Shown here piece after piece: positions 12,753 to 25,800 of a stretch of DNA of 38,051 nucleotides; the stretch's first letter is position 1; each line of letters opens with the position of its first letter. Under the pieces are notes generated by a model, which searched no databases, had not been told where the DNA came from, and worked only from the letters and a program-made list of their open reading frames with translations. This DNA comes from Choristocarpus tenellus KU-1152 (taxonomy: Eukaryota > Protista > Phaeophyceae): NCBI GenBank assembly GCA_964200185.2, contig CAXNAD020000035.1, positions 1 to 38,051 of the forward strand, in the 5' to 3' direction. Both the position numbers and the translations under genes were made by a program.

Positions 12753-15700
12753 CTGTCCAGAAAAAGCATAGGCACACAACAGGACAATTACCATTTCAAT
12801 GTGAGATAATAGTTTGACACCTATGGAATCCTTCCTCCTTCTTCATCCAATGTTAATAGAACCTTCACATTACCAGAAAGACTCCAAAGATTAACTACAT
12901 GAGTCCATCATTTGTTCTGATAAAGCATGATGACATGTTTCTGGTTCTCTAGGGAGATAAAAGACAGCTGGAATGAAGCCTTCCTGAGCTTACCTGCCCT
13001 GTGTTGCCTTGCTCTTGCTGCTCTTGACAACAGTTTCAAACTTGCCAGCCTGAAGTCTCTTGATAACTCGGTCAACTCTTTCCAATGTGGCACTTGGGAG
13101 ATAACGGAAGAGGGCCTCACGAAGAAACTCCACCTGCAACAGGAACCATATCAAAAAACAAAAATGGGGTTTGGGGAAAAAGCGACATATTTTGCAATGG
13201 AATTGGTCACTGGTCAGGGTTGGGCTTCATGCAATTGGTACTAGGTAATGAGGACTTTCCACATTTACCATCTATCATGTATCCTTGTTGCAGTTTGTTC
13301 AGTCTTACAATATGTTCACGAGAACTACTCAACTTTGTTCAGTTTATTAGTATGTAGTATATAGAGCATTCCACCCTCTATGTCTCATCTGTGGCCTTGA
13401 TACTAATTTCAAGATTCATTCCATCAATGAGGAATTCATAGCAAAAGAGGGATGTACTGGTGAAGGACAGAATTAATCAAGAGGTGATCAGGTATCCTTT
13501 CTGGTGGGACTAAGGGGTTAAAAATCTCCAAATGAATTTCATTTTCAAGATTTCAAAACCTGCAATTTTACCTGGGCAATCTTCTCCGCTTGCTCCACTG
13601 GGTCAGAGCCATCCAGAATGCTAGCACCCAAGTGCCCCTTACCCACCACCCTAGCATTGGCGCAGTCACAGACAATATCCATCACCTCAACAACGCAGAA
13701 CAAAACAGTCGCCATATCCAACAATTAATGTATTAATACTACTCAAAGGATTATATAAAATAGAAGAGTTTATAAATAGTTGCACCAATGTGATGCGATC
13801 AAGCTCTTGTGTGAAATCATGTCTGGAATATTGTACAGAATCTTTCCAAGGTTATCAATGTATAGGGTTGTAGGGTGTTATCTGACTATCTGACTGAGAG
13901 AGGGGCTCACACAAACAGAGTCTTGCCAATACCTTGCTTTACAGCCATTTCTCCATCTCATGTGAGACACATCAGCATGCATTTGCAGTCCTGTGCAGGC
14001 GATGGAGGACACACTTTCATTGAGAGGGGAGGGGAGGCAATCAAGTTGCGAACACCCCAAAAAATAAGAGCTGGACAATAAATTCTATTTAGAGCCAAAA
14101 GAGAAGTGTGCACTCTTCTCTTGGGGCAAAATATCAGACAACCCAAACATAATGGAATGGTAGATGGGTAGATGAGGGCCTGTTGACACACCTGCCTAGC
14201 ACTTTCCCTCAGTACATAGTCTGAGTACAAGACATCCTTCCTCTGCTTCCCATCATACAGTCCAGCCTTTCTGTATAACAGTGAACTCAAAGCTTCCTGC
14301 TCAGGGGAAGACACATTTGTTAGACTACAAGTAGGTATAATATAAACAATCACATTTTTGTGAGAGTGGTATTAACCATGATATAACAGCAGATTTCAAA
14401 AATTGAGGATGGGCTTGACCCAACATTGACTGGGATAAAGTGTCGATATATTAAAAAAAAAAATGACAATACAAAAGAAACATATTGACACTTTATCCCA
14501 GTCAATTTTGGGTCAAGCCCATCCTCAATGAAAAGCTCCATCCTCAATTTTTGAAATCTGCTGTTATGTATGTAAATCAATATTCCAACACGAGGATGAA
14601 ATAGTGCTTTGACGACAACTGACTAACCTGTGCCTCAAGTCGTGCCTTTACCAATGAGAGCAACACTTTCACAAGGTAGCTTGGAAGTGACTTTTCCTTG
14701 AGAGATCTGAAGGGGATGTTGAGGGCGACCTTCATACCAGTGCGATGCTTCTCAACTGAACCTCGTCGAGTGTTACTGTCAATAGGGGGGGAAGTCTCCC
14801 GCTTCCCTTGGTCAGCATTGGTCGCCAACATGGATGCCTGAGGAGAAGGGCACATCAATGTATGTTCACACCCAGAACACCTAGAGTACCTAGATTTGAA
14901 TGGTAATCACTCTGTCAAGCACTTTGGAGTATGAAATTTGGCTAATGTCTGAGATATTAAACCTTTCACAATACAGTCTAATTTCCTTGATGCTGGGTTG
15001 ACCCCATATTGATTCAATCTCTTGTATCCCCTCTGCACAGATCAAACCTTACAATAAAACATAGAGCAAGATAACATTACCAATACAAAGACCAACTGTT
15101 CAACAAACTATATTGTGTTTTTTCTTACCTGGCGGGCTACAGTTGCCACAGATGTCACAGCTAAGCGGTTGGAGCGGTTGGCTTGCTTCAAACGAAGGGA
15201 TGTCCTGCATGGAGACATATTTGTTACTGTTTGTTATTGTTAGGTTAGGAGCGCCAAGACCCCTGGCAATTCTTCATGTGAAGTCAAACACTATTCTCAC
15301 ACAATGACACTATGCTTCTCCTTCCTGAATTCATATTGAGGTAACATCTGCCTTTACACCTTCAGTGTTCTCACTCCTCCATTCTCTTCTGATCTAAATG
15401 TGTCACTCTCCTGTAATTCAAAGGGAAAAGACCTATTCTACCAACCCTTACAGTTATTAAAAATGAGACCTGACTAGCAACTATTCAAGTCAATTAAAAA
15501 AAAATTGTAACGGAAGAGTCTGAGTACCAAATTCTTGAGTAACTTTATGCTGACCAACAAAAACTAGATTCCTGAATTGCTGGAATTTTAAATTCTACTG
15601 TGACAGTGTAGATCAGAGTAAAAAAATCAAACACTATCTGAAATAGAATTTGACCTCTCAAGTGAGACAATCTGCAAACTTTACTGCAACACCAACCCTT

Positions 15701-18700
15701 CAGTGAAGTATACTGAAATCCTACAAATTTTTGCTGTCCTAAATCTCTTGAAAATAAAAACTGCATAGTAAATGAAAAAAAATAATAGCTCGATTAACCA
15801 TAACCCTAAGAGGTGTATCATTTATATATATATACTGCGGGTGATTAGAACCGCACTACAAGGAATAAAAATGGAACATTCAAGTACATGGCACAAATAT
15901 TGCATTTCACCCTTCTTTGCAGAGAGTTAACAAATATTTTTTTATTTTTTTAAAAGCTTGCTTATGCTTACTTCTTTTCTCCCATGTAGATCCAAAATGA
16001 GGTTTTCATAATAGGGCATTGGCGTCAGCATTGGCATTGATACATTTTTCTTGAGCTTGTCTGATCTGAAACAGGTTAGGTTCACTCTTGATAAACCAAA
16101 CAAAAAGCAATGTAAGCATACTGCAACCCTACTGAGGGAAAAGTTACTGCAGCCATAGACCAATTATGGATAGAATGTTAATACTCCACACACTCACACA
16201 GGCTGTTGTGGATGGATTGTGGGATTATTATTGGACAGGTCCTACCCTCTACATAACTACATATCCCACAATGAACCAAACAGAAGAAGACACTAGTTAT
16301 TAAAACTTCTCCAAAGTGAGGGATATAGCCATTTCTGTGCCCGAGCTGTATGATCGGGGTCACATTATCCACTTGTTCCATTGGTGTTCAAAAAGGTGAA
16401 GTAGCATAACCTTGACAAAGATCAACACGATTTGACCCTCAAGAGTAGGCTGTTTTTAAAACACTAAACAGAGAAAAACAAACTCTTGTAAGGGGCACAG
16501 TACAACACTTAACTCAAGGCACTAAGGCAATGTGCTCTTAAGAGGCATAATTGAGATGCGCCTTGTCTTTCAGGTGTTGAATTCACCCTAACGACGACGT
16601 TTGTGTGTAACTCCACACACAGTTGAATGATTGAGAAAACATACAATAGGTTTATTCAGTCATCTATTAAGCACACTTGCCATCTGCTGTTTGTCTGTCA
16701 AAGGTTGAAATTGGACATTATTAAGCCACCATAGTTTTCAATGCAATGTTCTTGCACTGCACAAATTTATCTACAAAAAAGTTTATCTACATTTTTTTTA
16801 AACTAGAAAAATCATAGTAGTCGGTAGAGTTGATCCAAATTGAAAACAATGTCATTCACAAGATTAGATTGTATATGTGACATGAAGGCTCCATGTTTTG
16901 ACACATTGAATAAGAAGCACTGTATCCATAGCATGTTTGACAACCACAGCAGTGGCAAAACCTGCACTTACTTCAATTACTTCAATATACTTATAATATA
17001 CACATAAACCAGGGCCAACAAAATGCAAGAGAATGTGAACATGTAATAAGAACATGTAATAAATTAACGCTGGCATGAACCTGTAAGTAATGTAATGTAT
17101 CTCACCTCTGTCTCGCAATGGTCGTACTTGTTCGTCGTTGTAATTTCAAATTTCCCCCAGAGGTGTTCTTCTCCGGCTCTGGTCTATTGATGTCTGCAGA
17201 ATCACTGTAGCAACAGAGTATTAAACAATCGTGCTTAACAAAATCCATGTTCTTGAGTTTGGTGAAGAATGAAGTGCCTTGCATTCAAACATTGGGTGGT
17301 ATGGGAATTAACACATAACTAGCTACAAAAAAAGTGAGTCTTTCACACATGTATTAATAGCCAGCACTGCAATATTGTATCAAAATTATAACCAGGTCAG
17401 ATATTGACTTACAACAATATTAACTTACAAAAATATGCTTCTACATCCAACTTACAAATTGCTTGAATGTTTTAAACTAAAAATGTGATGGTAAAATACA
17501 CAAAATCACTTGCCTGTGGTTCAAAGGTGTTCCACTACGATTGCTAGTGGCGTTTTGCGTGACTGCAGACTTGTTGATTGACTTGGAGTGACCCCACCAG
17601 CCATTCTTGATGTACAACTTGAGCTCTCTATACTTCCGTCTGAGGTACTTACTCATCACCTGTCCAGTAAAGTGGAGAACAACACTTATCTCAGGGAGTG
17701 CACATTTTTCACTTGTTTTTCTTTAAGTGAATGTTCCTATCAATAGTTGCCTCTCTTGTCAGCCCTATTGGGATCAAGCATCAAATGGTACCAGAATATA
17801 AAAAGTGCAGCACCTGGATAACTACTCTGACCATCTTGTCCTCACCACATCCTGTTTCAATATTTTTTGCACTCAGGTTTACAAGACAACATGTCGCTAC
17901 CGACCAATGGTATGATGAGAAGGTGCTACCTTGCTTTGGACTGTCTTGGTCTTCTCCTTATCTGAGGTTACACCCCTTCTGCTGGCATCAAACATTGCAA
18001 CTGCCATGTCCCATAGTTCAGGGAGTACCACCTATACATGTTTTGCATGAAAGTGGGTCAAGGTTACTCAAGTAAGTTGATCTAACTACCTATTAATATT
18101 ACAACATATTGCATTGTTCACAATAATTGAAATTGAAGGCTCCAACATGAAGCTATATTTCAACACATGCCATTTTAAGGACATTTTAATTGTAGATGGA
18201 GAAATAACATGCTGCAATACAAAAGAACACAATAAAACGGAACAGATTAAGTACATTATACTCAGTATGAAGTATTATTGAGAATAATAGCATCAATCCA
18301 CTCACAACCAACTACTAGAACAAGCACCAAGGAGGTGGTCTAGAAATGAGTCAATGTAAGATCAAAATTTCTACAATTTAATATTTGATAGAAATTATTG
18401 GGAATCTTGACTACCTCGAATTTTGAAGGGGTACAGATAGTGGTCTACCCCTGTACCACCTACACGAATGATCATTCATGAACTGTTGACTGTCCACTGC
18501 ACAAAAATAGTCATGATCATGGTCTCATTGGTCAATGATGGTGCGATAGGTGATTTAGAGGCACGTTTGAGGTGAAAATATGTCCCCTCTTCTAAAGGAA
18601 TATAAAGCAAACAAGGCACAACCCTAGAACCTCCAATGATGTACTCAAGTCCTGGTTAAACCACCAACAGGTATTTCCCATTTTGTCAAGGGTTACATAA

Positions 18701-19822
18701 ATAGTATTTTCAAGCAACAGGGAACACAGTCACCAGTGAACAGAAGGGGAGTGAGTTGGAGGGGATTGAGTTGAGATTCTGGAATCCGCTAAGGACCCAA
18801 ATGGAGTGTATTGGTAAGTTGATTTGTGATAAAGTTGTTGACTGTTGGGTGGGGCTCTTGCTTAAGGTTAAAGTTGCCGAGTTGCCTGGTACAATCAATA
18901 AAATCAATCAATATTAAGGCTAATGGTTCTAATGGGTGTTAAGTGCAAGCAAGTTCCTGTACTTGTGACTTGGGAAGAGTTGAGTGAAATACTACAATGA
19001 ATGATACCTTGTAATATTTCAACTTGGTCTCTACAAAGCACACTGGTACTTGTACACTCACTTGTGGAACACTTACGGTCTATCCATGTAGATACATATT
19101 GTAGATACATATCTTTGGTCCCTGAGTACTTGGAGTGGAGGCTTGTAAATCTGCAGCCAAGCAAGTCAACGTAACATAAAACTACAACAAAATAGTACTC
19201 CTGTGTTGACAAAGGCTAGATGACCCACAAATTGACAAAAATTGTTGTATGCTACCAATCACATGCTGAGTGTACAACAAATATAAAACATTCAATATAC
19301 ATTTTTCAACACGATCTTATCTTTGGTACCACACATTGGATATACTATAAAAACGATTAATTTAAATCCAACCAATTCATTTCAAGTTCAATAAAAATAC
19401 TCAAAAACCTTACAGATAAATTCTGTCTAAGTGAACTAGTGAACTAACTTACCATGTCAAGTTGGAGGCAGTTACCAATTTGACACATGAGCTGGTGGTC
19501 CGCACTCAGTACCCCATCACCAGTATTACCTGTCCCTCCAACACCTCCAGTTGTGACCATTGCTGTACCAAGGTTATGACTGTCAACAGCAGGACACTCA
19601 TATGCACGTGTTGACAACACCTGTCAATCAACATTTATATTAGGAACCAAAACATAAATATTGACATAATGTAAGAGGTATATAGCTCATCTACTGTGGT
19701 GCATTGCATTATCAAAGTTTCATTCATTGTATCCCCCTTGTATGACCTGAGTATTGTCATTACTGTGTGGAGGAAGGAGGACTGGTCACAATGGAAAGAT
19801 TAAATCTACCAGGAGCATCCAA

Positions 19823-19856
<34 letters not shown>

Positions 19857-22800
19857 CCAACTATAATTTCATCATACCCTGTGTGTTCATTGCACCATTC
19901 TGTCAAGTCTTTCACCACATCATATATTCTAGATCCTTGCATGACATGATTTCATCAAACTCAAAGGAGAGCGATTTCTAAATTGAACCAATCTTTGTTC
20001 TTTGTCACAACACAACAGTACTCATGTGTAAAAAAAAAATGAAAATGGTCCATACAGGCAGTTGCAGCATACTTACCAACAAACAGTCCAGGAAGGCTTG
20101 CACAGCATCACCCAGACCATGCGTGACCTCTGCTGCACTCCACTCTGCACGGGGCAACAGATCCACCTATGATATAAGGAAAGCACAAGAGTGAACCAAT
20201 CTGAATTTTGTTCCACTGGATCAAGTGCAATGCTATAATATTATCATGTAACATATTATAATAACATACTAATAGGACAACTTTGACATTCTTGTGGATG
20301 TAACAGGGCAAAAAATCCCCATGTGAACCAAACCACACATGGGTATGACCACTAAGTACCCGACAAGATACACCCTTTATGTGTCAGTATATCATTATGC
20401 ATCAGTATCCCAATTCCTTTGTGCCCAATCACAATAAAAAACTATTTCATGTTAATTTTACTCACCAGGTCTTGCATTCGTTGTTGTGACAGTGACAAAA
20501 ATTTAAATGGTAAGGTAGTCCCTCCTGTCTGGTAAGGCGGGTCTGGAGGTATCCAGCTTTCTGCATCAGCAAGTCCCCTAACCTCTGTTGCAAGTAAAGA
20601 CATCTCTGACTGCACATACAGTGCCTGGGCTTCCTTCACAAGCTAACAGTCATCACAGAGTCATCACACAAGTTAATATTTGATCTTGATGTATGTACAC
20701 ATTACTAACTTACTGGTCATTGGGATAAACACATTTTCATAAGTGACTTATCTGACCTGCAACAGAATGACTTGCGTGTTTTAACTTCAGTAAACTATTC
20801 CAGAGTCAAGATTAACCTACTATGCATCAAAAGATACCATACGCTACTATTTTTGTAGAATATCTGTGTTGTGTTGTGTCCTTGCCTATGAAAATGAGGC
20901 ACACTCCAGAAGATATGTTGTCCTGAACATTGAGAATTGACTCATGTTATTATGTGGAACATCTTGTTATTCATACTAATCTTCCCCCAGAATAGTTCGA
21001 GCATTTTTGTAAGGAGTTTGTACACCATTGAAGAGTTTTGCATGTTGGGTATTCCAATACAGCATGACTATTAATTGCAGTCACACAAGATTGGTACAAT
21101 TGCGCATCTCCCTACTTGGGAATTTATGGTAACACCCAATGGCGCTGTACATAGGTAGTAGTAGTATTGCTAGTTAGTGTTCAAGAATGTCTCCTACAGT
21201 GTGCCTCTCCCCGCTAATAACCTAATAACACCATTGACAATCCCAACTATGATACCAGAACTTACCACTATTTTGCTATTTGACTGTTTTAGACATGCCA
21301 TAATGATTTGTACCACACATTTTTTTGAACAGATATGTACAAATATGATCGGTGTTTGCAGGCAGCACATGCACAAACTGAGGTAACAGCATGAATCAAT
21401 TACATTAAGGTACTATGACAATTTATGCAAAGGAGTCAACTTGTACTTGAGTGGTCCCATTGTGAAATCTTGTCCCTATTAAGTGACATATGGTGATCAA
21501 CCTCATAACCGCACAACCATCATCAACCCTGCCACAACTGAGCATAAACATCCCTTTACAGGAACACATTGACTTTGACCCACACTTGGACATAATGTCA
21601 ACATCTTGTGCTTTAAGCATTCATGACATGTCATGGCATCTCCTCGCTCACCTTCTCCAGTGAACGAAGTCCTGGGGTAAGGACAACATCTCCTTCCCAG
21701 CTACCCCCCAATGTCTCTGACAGACTGTCATACAAGTGTGCTAGTGCAGAAAAAGCCCGTCGGAGGTACCTGTCAAATTCAAATATCATTCAAGGTATCA
21801 GTAACAGATACAAAAGGGAATACACTTTCAACCAAGGTTGTGAGACCTCCCATCTCAAACATGGAGTACAACAGTAAAATCACCCACCTACTAACCAAGG
21901 GTGCACATTGTCCACTACCTTATCTTCAAATTCACTACTCTATTGATTTAGTATGGACTCAAGTGTAGTATTGTAAAAAGAGCTTGTATTTGTGCTGCCA
22001 GTCTGCTAGGTGGGAGGTGTTTGCAATGGGTTATGTAGAAAGTGCTGGTATACTGGTCATCCCTTCACCAATCACCTCTTATCTATACTATCTCTAAGTA
22101 CAAGCAGGTTTATATAAGTTGGTTACATTTTCCTCACTCATCACTATCACTCGACATTGCTTCTCCTAGTCCCCTAAAAAAAAGGCTATCAATATAATAG
22201 TCTTGTGGAAGACTCCCAGGTGTGATTACTCCACACAACAGTGATTATTGATACCTCCCTACTCATATTAATACCTGGGGTCAAGTGGCTTATCCAGGTG
22301 TGACTCTTCCCTGTGCACACGTGTGAGACAGACTCTCAAGCTGGGTGCAAACAGTAAGCCATTAGTGTCCCTTGAATTACTGCTCAGAGGCATCTGTCTC
22401 ACTCTGGTCAACTTGGAGATTTCTGTTTTGATATCCTTGCCAGCTCGTGTATTTGTTGTTTCTGATTGTATTGCCTGCAGTCATAGCAACACATCAAATA
22501 GCTGATATTAACCCACACATTTTTTACTTGGGTGTGAGTACAACATGGTTGCAGATCAATATTATAATACAATACCTCCACACAAATCATGCACTCACAG
22601 AGTCATTCCCCACAATAGCAGCACGAAGATTCACAGTGGTACTTGTGATCCATCCTTCCAACAGTTTTGTCAGGTCCTTCTCTGCCTTGGTGCACTGGCG
22701 CTCTCTTCTTACATTGGCAACACTGTCTTCACTCTCCTGCAACGAACTCTCCTGGAAAAAAATGTAACTGAAACTGTAAATAATAATTCTTGGTATATTT

Positions 22801-25800
22801 CACACAGTATCGTAGCATCACATAGTATATCATTGATAGTGTGAGTATCTAAAAAGAACAAACACCAATAGAACAAACTCAATAAAGGTAAAAATCCAAT
22901 CAACATTTCCAATGAATCAACAAAATGTACTCACATCCTGCATTGATGTTGTCCCTCCTCTTGGCACTGATGATGTTTTAACACTTGTTGTTTCAACACT
23001 TGCAGTGTCAGTTTCCCCATAGTCAGAAAACCCTCCACCATAAACTCCTGATCCATATAACTGACGAATATGGACAGGTGGAGGAGATACTTGCGTTCCT
23101 CCTTTATGCTCCTGGCCCAGACTTTCTTGGCCATCTGCACCACCCTTTGCTTGCTCCTGGTCAATAATTGAAACATAGGGGAAGCAGTAGTATAGATTAT
23201 TTCAACTATCTTGTATCAACTTGTACAATTTGTATACCTTCTAGCAACTTGATGCATACCCTAACCCTATATGCTGCATTGTGTGGGTTTATTACAAATA
23301 CTATTATTTATTGTTGGATCATCTTTATAAACCTTTGTGTTCTGTAGACTCCTACAACTTCTAAACAGTACTGTGTACCAATTAAAAAAAAAAAATAATA
23401 GTAACAAAAAATAGGAAAAGTTCACTCCTTGAGGCGGAATATTTTTTTACAAGATCGGACGAAAAAAAAAATTACTAGTTAAAAGATAGTATAAAAAATA
23501 ATAATATATATATATCTACTAGTTAAGATGTATAAAAATAGATATCCACTAAATAAACTATAGTATAGGTTACTTGGACATATCAAACAGTATGGTGGTC
23601 AGTGGTTAGTCAATTCAACATTACTTCTCTCCTGGAATAAAATTGGTTAATGGAGGGTGGCATAATGAAAATGTAAAAAAATATAATATAATATTGTCAT
23701 CAGAACAACCCTCCCCCAAGGACACATGGAAGAAAAAAGACTCGCAAAAGCATCCACAAAAAACACAAAAGAGCCCTCATTCACTTCACTTCCACAACAC
23801 TGGTTCCCGCGAAACTTGCAAGGTGAACTATACATAGCAACAATGAACCACATAGTTTATATCTTTACACGTCAATCTGTCCTACACAGATTTATGCCTC
23901 ATCTTCAAGATATTTCTTGATGACTGTTTGCAGGAAATGTACAACTAAAGTAGAGTTAATCATTACTACCGCTGTAGTTAGCATCGAAAATACAAGAATA
24001 AATATACCAATAGAACCAATCAGGTAACTAATATTTTAAGGACTTGAGGTAGATTATTGGTGAAAATCCTTATGGAGCAGGTGATGCACCTTGTTTTGTT
24101 TTTATTAGTTGACAGAAATTGTGTACTTTGTTTATGGTGGAATGCCTATTTGTTAGGGGTAAATGTCACAACATCAAAATACTTCAGTGCCAACTATATT
24201 TCAGGGTGGAAATCAGGACATTCAGGATGATCAGCTTTCCATATATAAAAAGAAACTTACAAAAAATGCCAGAGCAGTGTTGACACACAATCAAAATCTC
24301 ATTTCATGCTTCTTTCAGCAAATTGAGTTGAAAACGTTTGACACTTCGGTGGAAACATTTCAGTCTTTTGAGGCTATTTTATTTTTTCAACCATTTGCAG
24401 TATGAACACTCCATCTTATTGTGTAGCATCAGGAAGATACTCAATGATTTAGTATGATGTAATAGTGATATACAGTAGTAGTCACAAAACATGAACAACG
24501 AAGTATGATTACCAATTTGAAAAAGGAGTGATGGCTACAACACTCATATTACTAAAATCAATACTGAACACTCTTGGACATGAGGTATACATAGAGTAGT
24601 CAGTTAAATCCAGTTAAATACCATTTATACTGCAAGATAAAAAGTAACCAATATGGGGATGTAGACATGTCCTTGGGTGTCTCAAACGTTCTTGTTGCAG
24701 ATGTCCTTGAAGGACCTTGAAGGAGCAAGTCCACAACTGTCTAGTGAGTGCATCTTGGATGTGGGTACACTAGTCAGCTGAAAAAAACCCCTATCAGAAC
24801 AGCTAACACCCTCCTCTTCATTGCTCTGACTCTAAGAGAGGTACAGTATCTCCAAGATAGGTACAATATCTCCAAGAGTATACATCGTAGTGTGGATTAT
24901 TCAACCAAAATAGACACTAATAAACTTGTTTCAAAGGTTAGCTACACCACATGGAAAATGGCGATTAGTGAGGACACCTTTTGGTAACCCTATCCGTTTG
25001 AATCCCTAACACAATAATCTTAATCTCAATCTTGACCTTTGACTACCTAACACAATCTTAATCTAAATTCTGAACTTAGACTACCTAACACAATATCTTA
25101 ATCTTAATCTTGAACTTTGACCACCTACCACACTAATCTCAATCTTGATCTTGAAATGGTACTGAGTATCCCTTGAAGAAAGGCCTCTATACAGTAAGAA
25201 TTCAGCATGCTGTCAATCCCCAGCAACTAAGGTGCTATTTCAATCCTATTAATATTAACAACACGCCTCCTTCAAAATAACTATTAAAACAAAACAAAGA
25301 CTTCAACATACAAAATATTCTAGCTACACACCAGAACACAGAAACGCCTTCCTTATCATAGAACAAGGTATTAGCAATTGCCACTACATTATTTTAAATT
25401 ACACAAATAATGTTACTAATAGTGTTCATGATCCTCAGGTGCAAAATTGTCCCAGGCTACTCAGGTATCAATAACTTCTGGTCACAAGCGATGAAGAGAG
25501 TGTAAGAGAGTGTAAGATCTCACCTGCCGTATCAGCAAAACAGAGAGTGAGATGATGTGCGGTAACCAGCTTCCCAGACACCAGGCCAAGTTGCTGACAT
25601 GCTGAAGCCTGGCAACACTGATACGGTGTGTGACTATGTCCACACCAGATGGCATTGCCATTGCTAGATCCTCGTCTAGGTCCATCCCCTCCAGATCCTC
25701 AACACCCTGTGCAGTAGATGCTCCTGGTTCACTCCTAACACACACCAAATGGGCAAAAAATATCTGTAAGCATGCCATTACTAACTCATTCACTCTCTCA

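Noticed and set aside
13932-13990. Exon-like segment with CAG acceptor and AAG|GTATTG donor
   Set aside because: Contains a stop in the required phase 0; flanking exons join cleanly without it.
15980-16000. LDLHG as the start of an Smr/MutS2 domain
   Set aside because: Five-residue match with no following Smr sequence.
22931-23176. ORF-track peptide MFQLLTRSKQRVV...
   Set aside because: Alternative frame over exon 18; splice phases select the EQAKGG frame.
24690-24750. Plus-strand exon-like segment (TTGCAG|ATG...|GTGAGT) suggesting a nested antisense gene
   Set aside because: Isolated, contains a tandem duplication, and I found no partner exons.
25005-25154. Repeat array as CRISPR
   Set aside because: Units are contiguous and degenerate with no unique spacers; eukaryotic intron; no cas genes.
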